A stretch of 59,257 nt of DNA, counting the filler. It is 10 parts of 10 records of this genome, joined end to end, with 100 filler letters (N's around TTAATTAATTAA, not from the genome) between each part and the next. Parts side by side here need not be neighbours in the genome. Positions count along the whole stretch, not along the records: positions 30,600 to 36,888 come from SRR31147125_119656; positions 36,989 to 42,500 come from SRR31147125_119718; 8 more parts are not named here. One strand, 5' to 3'. This document shows, in pieces, positions 30,644 through 41,182 of the stretch. Made by a program: the position numbers and the translations under genes. Each line of letters starts with the position of its first letter. Within the stretch, counting starts at the first letter, position 1. The notes under the pieces are model-generated. The model saw only the letters and a list, made by a program, of their open reading frames with translations. It had not been told where the DNA came from and made no database searches.

Positions 30644-30664
30644 CGAATCCTGGCGCCCCAGCCA
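30644..30664 (+). tRNA. 3' end of a probable tRNA-Gln (5' part lost at the contig edge; T-arm appears interrupted)
   Basis: cgaatcctggcgccccagcca with encoded CCA, in the usual tRNA-Gln position upstream of prs-rplY-pth; the anticodon is not visible. Confidence 0.7.
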
Positions 30665-30801
30665 CTTTATAAATAAGCATGTGGTTTGTAAGATTCAATG
30701 CGGTACGACGGCCTGTGGATGGACGCACGGGTTCGGCGGTTGTTTTATTTGAATACTTTTTATTAAGGTTATATCGATAACCTGGATCAAGGGCCGTGGG
30801 A

Positions 30802-31733
30802 ATGTTTAAAGTTTTTACTGGCAACTCAAATGAGCCACTCGCTCGCGATATCTGCCAACACCTGGCTGTTCCACTGGGCGACGCAAAGGTCAGGACATTC
30901 TCCGATGGCGAAGTCATGGTCGAGATCGGTGAAAATGTTCGCGGCCGTGATGTTTATGTGATTCAATCAACATCGTCACCGGCTAACTCGAACCTGATGG
31001 AACTGCTGGTTATGGTTGATGCGTTGAAACGCGCTTCAGCCGGTAAGATCAACGCCGTTGTTCCTTACTTTGGTTATGCCAGGCAGGATCGTAAGGTTGC
31101 GCCTCGGGCACCGATTACAGCCAAGCTGGTTGCCGATTTGATGTCGACTGCCGGCATTGACCGTCTGTTGACGATGGATCTCCATGCAGGTCAGATTCAG
31201 GGCTTTTTTGATATCCCGGTGGATCACCTGTATGCCGCTCCGGTTATGCTGGATGAAATTCGCATGCAGAATTTTGGTGAGCTTGTTGTCGTCTCACCAG
31301 ACGCTGGCGGAACTGAACGAGCAAGAGCTTTTGCCAAGCGGCTGAATTCCGGATTGGCGATTATTGATAAAAGGCGCAGTGGCCCGAATGTTTCCGAGGT
31401 CATGCACATTATCGGTGATGTGAAAGACAAGGTCTGTGTGATTATCGATGATATGATTGACACGGCCGGGACTCTGTGTGCTGCTGCGACAGCACTTCAG
31501 GAACATGGCGCCAGTGATGTCTATGCCTGCGCGACGCACGGCGTTCTGTCGGGCCCTGCTCTCGAGCGGATCTCGGCGAGTCCCTGAAAAAAGTTTATGT
31601 GACTGATACAATAGCGATGCAGGAGAATATCGATCAGTGCGATCGCCTGCAAAGACTGTCCGTCAGCCACCTTCTGGCTGAAGCGATCCGGCGGATCAAT
31701 AACGCTGAATCGGTCAGTTCGCTGTTTGTTTAA
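30802..31733 (+). CDS. prs: Ribose-phosphate pyrophosphokinase, with an apparent 1-nt frameshift at ~31583
   Basis: [23 protein letters not shown] and DDMIDTAGT; the C-terminus (VTDTI...EAIRRI...SVSSLFV) continues in another frame. Confidence 0.95.
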
Positions 31734-31780
31734 GATAGATTATTCAAAGATAAGTGACCCAAGTTACGGAGGATAAATAG

Positions 31781-32410
31781 ATGGCTCAAGTAGAATTAAA
31801 TGTAGAAATTCGTGAGAAATGCGGCAAAGGCGTTGCACGTAAGTTGCGTGCTGAGGGCAAGCTTCCCGCCGTTGTCTACGGCAGAGACATGGCTTCGCAG
31901 GCCGTCGTGGTTGAGCCGAAAGCTCTGGAAGATGCTATTTCAGGAGAATCCGGCTGGAACACGCTGATCACTCTGAAGGGTGCTCCCGAAGTTGATGGTC
32001 AGATCGTTGTTCTGAAGGACGCGGACTTCCATCCGCTGCGTCGGGAAATGGTGTGTGCTGATTTTCACGCCGTCAACCTGAAAAAGAAAGCATCCTTTAT
32101 GGTTCCGGTTACTGTCATTGGCACCGCTGAGGGCCAGAAGTTGGGCGGTTCTCTGCAGCTGATCCGGAAAGAGCTTGAGGTCTTGTGTCTGCCGACAGAG
32201 GTTCCCCAGAGCATTGATATCAATGTTGAAGCGCTCGAAATCGGTGATACTGTTCACATTGAAGAGGTCACGGCACCAGAGAGCGTTGAGCTGGTTCATG
32301 ACGTTAACTTCACCGTTATTACTCTCGTTGGCCATAAGGAAGAGGTCGAGGAGACGGAAGAGGGTGCTGAAGCTGAAGAGGTCGCCGAGAGTGAAGAGGC
32401 CCCTGAATAA
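31781..32410 (+). CDS. rplY: 50S ribosomal protein L25/Ctc
   Basis: GKGVARKLR...PAVVYG, acidic tail and synteny with prs/pth. Confidence 0.95.
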   Translation: MAQVELNVEIREKCGKGVARKLRAEGKLPAVVYGRDMASQAVVVEPKALEDAISGESGWNTLITLKGAPEVDGQIVVLKDADFHPLRREMVCADFHAVNLKKKASFMVPVTVIGTAEGQKLGGSLQLIRKELEVLCLPTEVPQSIDINVEALEIGDTVHIEEVTAPESVELVHDVNFTVITLVGHKEEVEETEEGAEAEEVAESEEAPE

Positions 32411-32428
32411 GCTTGGCACTGCTGCCTG

Positions 32429-33007
32429 ATGAATCTTCTGGTGGGGCTGGGAAACCCTGGAGCCAAGTACGAAGGGACCCGGCATAATATCGGATTTGAA
32501 GTCGCCGAGCGAGTTGCATTAAAAAACCGGGTTTCGATTAAGAAAAAAGGCTATCAGGGCCTGTACGGCGTTGGTCGGGTCGAGTCTTGTGAGACGACGA
32601 TTCTGTTGCCTCAGACATTTATGAATCGCAGTGGCACCAGTGTTAAAGCTGCTACGCAATCCCTCGGTATTGTTCCGGGGGATTTGATTGTGATCTACGA
32701 CGATTTGGATTTACCCTTTGGTCGCCTGCGGATCAAAAAGGACGGGGGGCACGGAGGGCACAACGGCCTGCGTGATATCGTCGCTCTGCTCGGTTGTCGT
32801 GATTTTGTCCGTCTCAGGGTTGGGATCGGGCGCCCCGCGCATGACAATATAACGGCTCATGTCCTGAGTCGTTTCAGTGCGGATGAACAGAAAGACCTCC
32901 CTCGATTGGTCGATGACGCTGCGACGGCAGTGGAATCTATCCTCAGAAATGGGGCTATCGGGGCGATGAATTCTTATAATGGCTATAACTTGTATGACGA
33001 ACTTTAA
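32429..33007 (+). CDS. pth: Peptidyl-tRNA hydrolase
   Basis: GLGNPG, TRHNIGF, PQTFMN, GGHNGL and RLRVGIGRP. Confidence 0.96.
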   Translation: MNLLVGLGNPGAKYEGTRHNIGFEVAERVALKNRVSIKKKGYQGLYGVGRVESCETTILLPQTFMNRSGTSVKAATQSLGIVPGDLIVIYDDLDLPFGRLRIKKDGGHGGHNGLRDIVALLGCRDFVRLRVGIGRPAHDNITAHVLSRFSADEQKDLPRLVDDAATAVESILRNGAIGAMNSYNGYNLYDEL

Positions 33008-33034
33008 CCACAAACGAAGAGAGGCAAGAAACTG

Positions 33035-35050
33035 ATGCAACTGCAGATGTGGGCTCCCATCCTGGGAGTGGTCGGATTTGTGATCGCGATTGTGCTCTAC
33101 AACATTGTTAAAGCACAGCCGGTCGGTGATGAAAAAATGCATGAAATCTCTGATGATATTCATGCGGGCGCTATGGCATTTCTCGGTCGTGAGTATCGCG
33201 TTCTGGCCATTTTCATTGTTGTCGTTTTTATCCTGATCGCTATCGCCATGAGCTTTCAGACCGCTCTGGCTTTCCTCGGCGGGGCGATCTGTTCCATGAC
33301 ATGTGGCTTCATCGGTATGAAAGCCGCAACCCGTGCCAATGTCAGGACCTCTGAAGCTGCTCGTGCTCATGGCCAGGCCAAAGCTCTTGAAGTTTCTTTC
33401 AACGGCGGCGCTGTTATGGGGCTGGCGGTTGCTTCTCTCGGTCTGGTTGGTGTTGGCATCGCTTACATCTTCTACGGTGGTAGCCCTGAAACTGCTAAGT
33501 ACATCAACGGTTTCGCCATGGGTGCTTCCTCAATTGCCTTGTTCGCCCGTGTCGGTGGTGGTATCTACACCAAAGCCGCTGACGTCGGTGCTGACCTGGT
33601 TGGTAAAGTTGAAGCAGGGATCCCTGAAGATGATCCACGTAACCCGGGTGTTATCGCTGATAACGTTGGTGACTGTGTCGGCGACACCGCCGGTATGGGT
33701 GCTGACATCTTCGAATCCTATGTCGGTTCCATTATCGCGACTATGGCGATTGCTGCTGCAGCCGGTCCGGAACTTCTCGCCAAGCTGGGTGTCGGTGCGG
33801 CTGTTCAGTCAAGCGCCATGCTGCTGCCGTTGGCTCTGGCCATGATCGGCCTGGTTTTCTCGGTTCTGGGGATCGCTTCGATGAAGCTTCTCAAGAGCAT
33901 GGATCCAGCAAAAGCACTGCACTATACAACATTTGTTGCTGCTGCCGGGTTCCTTGTTGCCGCGTTCATTTACATCAAGATCGCAGGTCTGAACCTCGGC
34001 ATCTTCTGGGCGATCCTCGCAGGGACCCTGGCTGGAATTGCTATCGGTCAGATTACCGAGTACTACACAGCTCACGCTCCGGTTGCCCGCATCGCTGAGG
34101 CAAGTAAGACTGGTCCTGCAACCAACATTATTCACGGTCTGGCTGTCGGTCTTGAGTCAACAGCTCTGCCGATTGTCATTATTTCTGTCGGCATCTTTAT
34201 CGCCAACTACTTCGCCGGTCTCTACGGGATCGGGATTGCTGCTGTCGGTATGCTCGCAACGGTTGGTGTCACCATGACCGTTGATGCCTACGGCCCAATC
34301 GCTGATAACGCTGGCGGTATCTCTGAAATGGCCGGTCTTGGACCGGATGTTCGTAAGATTACTGATGGTCTTGATGCGATCGGTAACACAACAGCCGCGA
34401 TTGGTAAGGGATTCGCCATCGGTTCCGCTGCTCTGACCGCGCTGGCCCTGTTCTCCGCTTACGCAACCACCGTTAAGCTTGAGGTAATCAACCTGATCAA
34501 CCCGATGGTTGTTATCGGCCTGTTGATCGGTGGCGCGCTGCCGTTCTTCATCGGTGCACTGACCATGACTTCTGTCGGTCGCGCTGCTGGTGAGATGGTA
34601 GACGAGATCCGTCGTCAGTTCCGCGAAACTCCTGGCCTTCTTGAAGGTAAAGAAGGTGTCAAGCCGGACTCCCAGCGCTGTGTTGATATTTCCGCTAAAG
34701 CTGCTCTTAAAGAGATGGTTTTACCGGGTGTGGTTGCTGTTGTTGCTCCGGTTCTGATGGGCTTCCTGCTTGGTAAAGAAGCGCTCGGTGGTATGCTTGC
34801 CGGTGCAACCCTGGCTGGTGTGCTGCTCGCTCTGATGATGTCGAACGGTGGCGGTGCCTGGGATAACGCTAAGAAGTACATCGAAAGTGGTCAGCTTGAA
34901 GGTGAAGGCAAGGGCGGTGAAGCTCACTCTGCTGCCGTTATCGGCGACACCGTTGGCGACCCCTTCAAAGATACCTCTGGTCCGGCCATGAATATTCTCA
35001 TCAAGCTGATGAGTGTTGTATCGCTGGTTATTGCACCGCTGCTCGTTTAA
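33035..35050 (+). CDS. hppA: Membrane-bound K+-dependent, probably Na+-translocating pyrophosphatase
   Basis: [28 protein letters not shown] and GDPFKDT. Confidence 0.95.
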   Translation: MQLQMWAPILGVVGFVIAIVLYNIVKAQPVGDEKMHEISDDIHAGAMAFLGREYRVLAIFIVVVFILIAIAMSFQTALAFLGGAICSMTCGFIGMKAATRANVRTSEAARAHGQAKALEVSFNGGAVMGLAVASLGLVGVGIAYIFYGGSPETAKYINGFAMGASSIALFARVGGGIYTKAADVGADLVGKVEAGIPEDDPRNPGVIADNVGDCVGDTAGMGADIFESYVGSIIATMAIAAAAGPELLAKLGVGAAVQSSAMLLPLALAMIGLVFSVLGIASMKLLKSMDPAKALHYTTFVAAAGFLVAAFIYIKIAGLNLGIFWAILAGTLAGIAIGQITEYYTAHAPVARIAEASKTGPATNIIHGLAVGLESTALPIVIISVGIFIANYFAGLYGIGIAAVGMLATVGVTMTVDAYGPIADNAGGISEMAGLGPDVRKITDGLDAIGNTTAAIGKGFAIGSAALTALALFSAYATTVKLEVINLINPMVVIGLLIGGALPFFIGALTMTSVGRAAGEMVDEIRRQFRETPGLLEGKEGVKPDSQRCVDISAKAALKEMVLPGVVAVVAPVLMGFLLGKEALGGMLAGATLAGVLLALMMSNGGGAWDNAKKYIESGQLEGEGKGGEAHSAAVIGDTVGDPFKDTSGPAMNILIKLMSVVSLVIAPLLV

Positions 35051-35077
35051 GATCAGTCAGGTCAATTGATAAAATAT

Positions 35078-35107
35078 CGATAGCCGGAGCTTAAGCTCCG
35101 GCTATCG
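35078..35107. other. Perfect 30-bp palindrome between hppA and ychF
   Basis: cgatagccggagctt|aagctccggctatcg. Confidence 0.7.
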
Positions 35108-35125
35108 TGCGTTAAGAGGGTAAAT

Positions 35126-36220
35126 ATGGGTTTTAAATGCGGCATCGTAGGCCTCCCGAATGTTGGTAAATCGACCATTTTCAATGCGATAACCTCTGCT
35201 GGGGCAGAGTCGGCCAACTATCCATTCTGTACCATTGAACCGAACGTCGGTGTTGTCGCCGTCCCGGATAAAAGATTGGATGCTCTGGCTGAGATCGTTG
35301 AGCCTCAGGCGATCATCCCGACCAGCATGGAGTTTGTTGATATCGCTGGACTGGTTGCCGGTGCCAGCAAAGGTGAAGGTCTGGGGAATAAATTTCTTGG
35401 TCATATCCGCCAGGTCGATGCGATCGCCAATATTGTTCGCTGCTTTGAGGATGAGAATGTCGTCCACGTTGATGGGAGTGTTGATCCGCTGCGTGATATC
35501 GAAGTCATTCAGACTGAATTGAATCTGGCCGATCTCGATACCGTTGAAAAGCGTTTACAGCGGACGGCAAAACTGGCGAAAAGCGGTGATAAAAATGCAA
35601 AGTTGGAAGTGGCGATCCTGGAGAAGGTCGCTGATGCGCTGAATGAAGGTCGACCTGCACGCTCTGTTGGTCTGGATGACAACGAAAAAAAACTGATAGC
35701 TGAACTCTTCCTGATCACCATCAAGCCGGTTCTGTATGTCGCCAATGTGTCTGAAGACGACCTTGAAGGCGAGCATCCCTTCGTGCAGAAGGTGCGTGAC
35801 CATGCCGCTACCGAGGACGCTGAGGTTGTTCTGATTTGTGGCAAAATCGAATCGGAAATCGCTGAGCTCGACGCGGAAGAGAAGCTTGATTTTCTTCAGG
35901 AAATGGGCCTTGAAGAGTCTGGCCTTGATCGGATGATCCATGCCGGCTACAAGCTTCTCGGGCTGATCACCTATTTTACCGCCGGGGTCAAAGAAGTGCG
36001 TGCCTGGACTGTCAGTGACGGAGCCCTTGCACCTCAGGCTGCTGGTGTTATCCATACCGATTTTGAAAAAGGCTTTATCCGAGCAGAGGTCACATCCTAC
36101 GCTGACTATACCTCCTCAGGTGGGGAAACCGGCGCGAAAGAAAAAGGTCTGCTGCGTCTGGAAGGGAAAGATTATCGCGTGATTGACGGTGATGTCATGC
36201 ACTTCCGTTTCAATGTGTAA
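35126..36220 (+). CDS. ychF: Redox-regulated ATPase YchF
   Basis: [28 protein letters not shown] and IHTDF...GFIRAE. Confidence 0.97.
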   Translation: MGFKCGIVGLPNVGKSTIFNAITSAGAESANYPFCTIEPNVGVVAVPDKRLDALAEIVEPQAIIPTSMEFVDIAGLVAGASKGEGLGNKFLGHIRQVDAIANIVRCFEDENVVHVDGSVDPLRDIEVIQTELNLADLDTVEKRLQRTAKLAKSGDKNAKLEVAILEKVADALNEGRPARSVGLDDNEKKLIAELFLITIKPVLYVANVSEDDLEGEHPFVQKVRDHAATEDAEVVLICGKIESEIAELDAEEKLDFLQEMGLEESGLDRMIHAGYKLLGLITYFTAGVKEVRAWTVSDGALAPQAAGVIHTDFEKGFIRAEVTSYADYTSSGGETGAKEKGLLRLEGKDYRVIDGDVMHFRFNV

Positions 36221-36254
36221 ATAATCACTGATCCCGATCGTCAGAAACAATGTG

Positions 36255-36289
36255 AAAGGCTGTCCCCACTGAATGGGACAGCCTTTTTT
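36255..36289 (+). terminator. Rho-independent terminator
   Basis: aaaggctgtccc-N8-gggacagcc followed by a T-tract. Confidence 0.85.
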
Positions 36290-36418
36290 GTTCTGTTGAG
36301 TCATTTTTTCGTCCTTTCCAATTAACCCTGAGTCTGCGCCTGTAAATGTCTTCATTTCTTCTATAATTAAAGACAGTGCTGCGAGGCATTGTACGGCAGA
36401 TTGTGTAGGAGGAATGGG

Positions 36419-36888
36419 ATGGGAGAGAATCACGTCATTTCTCAGATTCTGATCACCTTTGGTGGTCTGTTCCTGATTGGGTTGATTGCCGACATCATCG
36501 GCCATAAAACCCCTGTTCCTCGTGTCACGCTATTATTACTGGTCGGTTTCCTCATCGGGCCATCGGCTCTCGACTGGTTGCCGGTCTTTACCGAAAGATG
36601 GTTTCCTGTCCTGACGAATATCGCGTTGTCGATGATCGGCTTTATGCTTGGTCAAAAATTAAGTCTCGGTCACCTGAAACAGTTGGGACGCCAAGTTCTG
36701 GGCATCTCTTTTGTTGTAACTCTGACCGCAGCCTCTGTCTTCAGCGTCCTGTTTCTCTTTGGCGTTTCTTTTGAACTGTCTCTCCTCCTGGCAGCGATTG
36801 CGACAGCGACAGCACCGGCAGCGACCGTCGATGTCGTCAAGGAGTCTCAAGCGCAGGGAGGATTTACCGATTCACTTCTCGGAATTGC
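36419..36888 (+). CDS. Cation:proton antiporter (CPA family), 3'-truncated
   Basis: Hydrophobic protein with PRVTLLLLVGFLIGP and AIATATAPAATVDVV. Confidence 0.8.
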
Positions 36889-36988
36889 NNNNNNNNNNNN
36901 NNNNNNNNNNNNNNNNNNNNNNNNNNNNNNNNTTAATTAATTAANNNNNNNNNNNNNNNNNNNNNNNNNNNNNNNNNNNNNNNNNNNN

Positions 36989-37027
36989 AAAAACCCCTGT
37001 CGCCAGCATACGGCGACAGGGGTTTTT
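36989..37027 (-). terminator. Rho-independent terminator downstream of garR
   Basis: aaaaacccctgtcgcc-N7-ggcgacaggggttttt. Confidence 0.85.
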
Positions 37028-37054
37028 CTCTGCTGGATATGGTGCCGCCCGTGC

Positions 37055-37939
37055 CTAGCGGGTTACCTCCACCTGGGCAGCTTTCTCGTAATACTGGATG
37101 AGTCCGCCGTGATCATCGCCCTGCTTGCCGTCGACCTTCAGCGCCTGCATGATCTCCATCACGCCCGCTGTCAGCGGCAGCGGCACACCGATCTCGTGGG
37201 CAGTCTCGAGGACATTGGCAAGATCCTTGATGTGGAGTTCGATACGAAATCCCGGCTCGAACTTGCGATCCATTACCAGCGGCGCTTTCGCATCGAGCAC
37301 CGTGCTTCCTGCCAGGCCACCGCGAATGGCCTGGTACACGAGTTCCGGCTCTACCCCCGCCTTCGAAGCAAGCACCAGCGCCTCTGACATCGCCGCGATG
37401 TTGAGCGCCACGATGATCTGGTTGGCCAGCTTGGTCGTGTTCCCAGCGCCGACAGAGCCGGTATAAACGACTGATCCGGCCATCGCATCCATGATGTCGT
37501 AGCACTTGTCGAAGATTTCCTTCTTGCCGCCGACCATCACCGAGATGGTGCCGTCGATTGCCTTCGGTTCCCCTCCGCTGACCGGGGCATCGAGCAATTC
37601 GACGCCGTTTTTCTCGAGCTCGGCCGCAATGTCCCGACTGGCGAGCGGTGCAATCGAACTCATGTCGATTACGCACGTACCGGCCCTGGCCCCCTCTATC
37701 ACTCCGTTCTCACCCAGCACGACGTCTTTGACGTGCGGCGAGTTCGGCAGCATCGTCACAACGAATTCACACTGCGCCGCGACCTCTTTCGGTGACCCGG
37801 CGGAGGCGGCGCCTGCCGCGACGACTTCGTCAACAGCGGCAGTATTACGGTCCATGACCACCAGATCGTATCCAGCCTTGAGCAGATTCTTGCTCATCGG
37901 CTTACCCATGATTCCCAATCCAATAAATCCTACTTTCAT
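37055..37939 (-). CDS. garR: 2-hydroxy-3-oxopropionate (tartronate semialdehyde) reductase
   Basis: MKVGFIGLGIMGKPMSKNL, DAPVSGGEPKA, KLANQ and FRIELHIKDL closely match GarR. Confidence 0.92.
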   Translation of the reverse strand: MKVGFIGLGIMGKPMSKNLLKAGYDLVVMDRNTAAVDEVVAAGAASAGSPKEVAAQCEFVVTMLPNSPHVKDVVLGENGVIEGARAGTCVIDMSSIAPLASRDIAAELEKNGVELLDAPVSGGEPKAIDGTISVMVGGKKEIFDKCYDIMDAMAGSVVYTGSVGAGNTTKLANQIIVALNIAAMSEALVLASKAGVEPELVYQAIRGGLAGSTVLDAKAPLVMDRKFEPGFRIELHIKDLANVLETAHEIGVPLPLTAGVMEIMQALKVDGKQGDDHGGLIQYYEKAAQVEVTR

Positions 37940-38127
37940 GTCTATCTCCTTTTCTTCTCTGTGAATAGTTCGGTACCTAGGAGCGTGTCGGAGAATTGCG
38001 ATTTTTGTTCAGATCAAGGCATTGGTAGAAAATTAAGCGGAGCCATAGAGGTACTATTGCGAGCATTAATTTTCTACCAATAACGCCGAGATGAGCAAAA
38101 AGCGGTTTCTCCGGCACGCTCCCGGCC

Positions 38128-38904
38128 TTAGCGATAGTCAGCCATCCATCCCAATCCGGCCTCGGTATCACCTGCAGGAATATATTCGCAACCGATCCAG
38201 CCGTCGTAGCCGGCCGCATCGATCGCTTTGAACACGTTGGTAAAGTTGATCTCACCGCTGCCCGGCTCGTGCCTGCCCGGGTTGTCGGCCAGCTGGATGT
38301 GTCCGATTTTATTCATCAGCGCGGTGACCGTATTGATCAACTCGCCCTCCATCCGTTGCATATGATAAATATCGTACTGGAACTTGATATTTGCATGGCC
38401 GGTCGCATCGATCAGGTCGATGGTCTCCTGCGAACCCACCAGGTAAAACCCGGGTATGTCCTGACTGTTCAGGGCTTCCACCAGCAGCGTGATATTCTCT
38501 TTAGCCAGCGCGTCGGCAGCATAGCGGAGATTGGTGACCAGGGTTTCCGACACTTTTTCCGGGTCCTCGTCAGCCGGCGTCAACCCGACCAGACAGTTCA
38601 CGCGCGGACACTGGAGGACCTTCGCATAGCCGATAGCACGTTCGACATTTTCCTGAAATTCCTGCTCTCTCCCGGGGATACACGCGATCCCCCGGACACC
38701 GGCTGCCCACTCGTCGACGGGCAGGTTGAACAAGACCTGTTCCAGATTGTTCGACTTCAGCAGTTCGAGTATCTGCTCCGCCGGCCAGTCATAGGGGAAC
38801 ATATACTCAACAGCGCTGAAACCGTTCCCGGCCGCCTTCCCGAAACGTTCCAGGAAGTCAACCTCTGAAAACAGCATGGACAGGTTGGCACTGAATTTGG
38901 ACAT
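38128..38904 (-). CDS. hyi: Hydroxypyruvate isomerase
   Basis: KFSANLSMLF, DIYHMQ, HIQLADNPGRHEPGSGEIN and GCEY. Confidence 0.92.
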   Translation of the reverse strand: MSKFSANLSMLFSEVDFLERFGKAAGNGFSAVEYMFPYDWPAEQILELLKSNNLEQVLFNLPVDEWAAGVRGIACIPGREQEFQENVERAIGYAKVLQCPRVNCLVGLTPADEDPEKVSETLVTNLRYAADALAKENITLLVEALNSQDIPGFYLVGSQETIDLIDATGHANIKFQYDIYHMQRMEGELINTVTALMNKIGHIQLADNPGRHEPGSGEINFTNVFKAIDAAGYDGWIGCEYIPAGDTEAGLGWMADYR

Positions 38905-39002
38905 GATGACCTCCTCACTTGATAGTATGTGCTGCGGTAATGGGTTGATTTGTACGCATTGATACAGATTGTTATAACCATGAACGCAGGACAATCAATC
39001 AT

Positions 39003-39015
39003 AACATCTGATGTT
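39003..39015. promoter_or_regulatory. Palindrome in the divergent promoter region, probable FadR/GntR operator
   Basis: aacatc-t-gatgtt followed by a partial repeat (ctgat), between hyi and the FadR-type gene. Confidence 0.55.
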
Positions 39016-39128
39016 CTGATTTTTTTATTGCGTTTTTACAGCCAAGTCAATTAAAAAGAACGCTGACAAGGCGCGGTGGAGCGCCGGATACATGCGAGCG
39101 CATCACTGCCAGATTTATTATTTCATCC

Positions 39129-39842
39129 ATGAGTGAGCAGATGTTCCAGGTAGAACGAAAGCGGCTGGCCGACCAGGTCGCCGATCACTTGATGGCGCTG
39201 ATCGGGACCGGTGAGCTGAAGCCCGGAGACCGTCTGCCGTCCGAACCGGAGTTGATGAAACAATTCAACGTCGGCAGAAGCTCAATCCGGGAGGCAATCG
39301 GTGCGCTGTCCCTGGTCGGGCTGGTCACCGTCAAGCCCGGACAGGGCACGCACGTGGTTGGTTTCTCCTCCGAAGACAACCTCAAACCGATCGGGCTCCT
39401 GGGAATCGGCAGGGAAAAGATCAGCGAACTGGTCGAAGCCCGGATTGAACTCGAATGCGTGATCGTCCGGTTCGCCGCCGAACGCTCGACGGCCGAGGAC
39501 ATCGAAGAAATCAGAAACGTGCACGCTCAGATGAAAGATGTAAGCGGCGTCGAGGAGCAGCTCATCAAGCTCGACCTGGCATTCCACATGGCGGTGGCCC
39601 GCGCCTCCGGGAACACGGTCCTCACCAGATTCCTGATGGAGATGCGCCAGCCCATCCGGTTGTGGATGGAACAGAAGGCCCGGTTCGACTGGGGGTACGA
39701 CAAGGTGTACGAGCAGCACGACCTGATCGTTGACGCAATCGCGTCGGGTGACTCGAACCGGGCCGAACGCGCCCTCAAGTCTCACCTGCAGTCCACCGGC
39801 GAACGGCTGGTGACGGCAATCCTGAGCGAGCAAGACAGCTGA
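39129..39842 (+). CDS. GntR/FadR family transcriptional regulator
   Basis: PGDRLPSE...VGRSSIREA winged HTH and an FCD domain (DLAFH...SGN...H). Confidence 0.93.
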   Translation: MSEQMFQVERKRLADQVADHLMALIGTGELKPGDRLPSEPELMKQFNVGRSSIREAIGALSLVGLVTVKPGQGTHVVGFSSEDNLKPIGLLGIGREKISELVEARIELECVIVRFAAERSTAEDIEEIRNVHAQMKDVSGVEEQLIKLDLAFHMAVARASGNTVLTRFLMEMRQPIRLWMEQKARFDWGYDKVYEQHDLIVDAIASGDSNRAERALKSHLQSTGERLVTAILSEQDS

Positions 39843-39877
39843 CAGCCGCCTCTATCCCACCTCTATATTCTGAGATT

Positions 39878-41170
39878 ATGAAATCATCATTGCTGTATGG
39901 AAAAACGGAACTGGCTCTCGAGCTTCCCGAAGATATCGTCATTCACGAGATCAACAAGTATCCGATGCCGCTGGTCACAGATTCGGACGGGGCCATCCGG
40001 CAGGCGCTGCGCGAGCCGATCGGCAGCCCGCCCCTGGCGGAACTGGCCCGGCCCGGTGCGACGGCCTGCATCCTGATCTGCGACATCACGCGGCCGGTAC
40101 CCAACGGTGACCTCCTGCCACCGCTGGTGGACACGTTGATGAGCCAGGGCGTGCGCAAAGAAGACATCCTCATCCTGGTGGCCACCGGCCTGCACCGTCC
40201 CAACGAGGGCGAGGAATTGCGGGAACTGATCGGCAACGATGAGATCTTCGAGTCGTTTCGCATCGAAAATCATTTCGCGCGCGACCGTGAAGCCCACGTC
40301 GATCTCGGGAAAACCTCCCAGGGCATCCCGGTCGGTATCGACCGGCGCTTTTACGATGCCGACCTGAAGTTTGTGACCGGGCTGGTGGAACCGCACTTCA
40401 TGGCCGGCTATTCGGGCGGCCGCAAGGTGGTTGCACCGGGTGTCGCCTATCAGGACACCATCCTCAAATTCCATACCGCGCACATCCTCGAACACCCCCG
40501 GGCGGAAAACTGCGTGATGGACGGCAACCCGCTGCACCAGGCGCAGCTGGAAATCATCGGACGGATCGGAGACATCTACGCGCTCAACGTGGCAATAGAC
40601 GACAAACGGAGGCTCGGCACGGTGACCTTCGGTGACATCGAGCAGAGCCACCTCGCCGCAGTCGAATTCATGCGCCGCTACGCGGAAATCGAAATCGACC
40701 GGACGTTCAGCACGATTGTGACATCGGCGGGCGGATACCCGCTCGACCGCACCTACTACCAGACGGTAAAGGGCATGGTCGGACCGATGGACATTTTGTC
40801 GCCGGGGGGGAACATCATCATCGCCAGCGACTGCTCGGAAGGGATGGGCAGCCCCGAATTCGTTGCCGCCCAGCAGATGCTCTGCAAGCACGGCAGGGAC
40901 ACGTTCATGGACACACTCTATTCCCGGACCGATGCGCTGATCGACGAGTGGCAGACCGAAATGCTGCTCAAGCCGCTTCGGCGCGGAACAATTCAGCTGT
41001 ATACCGAGCAGCTCTCAGAGGCCGACCTGGAGCAGATCTTCGTCACCCACGTGAAGAACCTGGAGCAGGCGATACTGGACAGCGTCCGGGAGCAGAACGA
41101 CCCGGAGATCGCGGTCGTACCGGAAGGGCCCTACGTGGTGCCGCGCTATACCGGTCCGCCGGTGCGATAA
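39878..41170 (+). CDS. larA: LarA-family nickel-pincer-dependent alpha-hydroxyacid racemase/epimerase
   Basis: DITRP, ATGLHR, NH, PHFMAGYSGGRK...PG, GGYPLD...YQTVKG and ECSEG-like DCSEG. Confidence 0.88.
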   Translation: MKSSLLYGKTELALELPEDIVIHEINKYPMPLVTDSDGAIRQALREPIGSPPLAELARPGATACILICDITRPVPNGDLLPPLVDTLMSQGVRKEDILILVATGLHRPNEGEELRELIGNDEIFESFRIENHFARDREAHVDLGKTSQGIPVGIDRRFYDADLKFVTGLVEPHFMAGYSGGRKVVAPGVAYQDTILKFHTAHILEHPRAENCVMDGNPLHQAQLEIIGRIGDIYALNVAIDDKRRLGTVTFGDIEQSHLAAVEFMRRYAEIEIDRTFSTIVTSAGGYPLDRTYYQTVKGMVGPMDILSPGGNIIIASDCSEGMGSPEFVAAQQMLCKHGRDTFMDTLYSRTDALIDEWQTEMLLKPLRRGTIQLYTEQLSEADLEQIFVTHVKNLEQAILDSVREQNDPEIAVVPEGPYVVPRYTGPPVR

Positions 41171-41182
41171 ACTATCAATCCG

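Noticed and set aside
31575..31590. Premature stop in prs
   Set aside because: One missing C in a ccc run restores the full conserved C-terminus of an essential gene.
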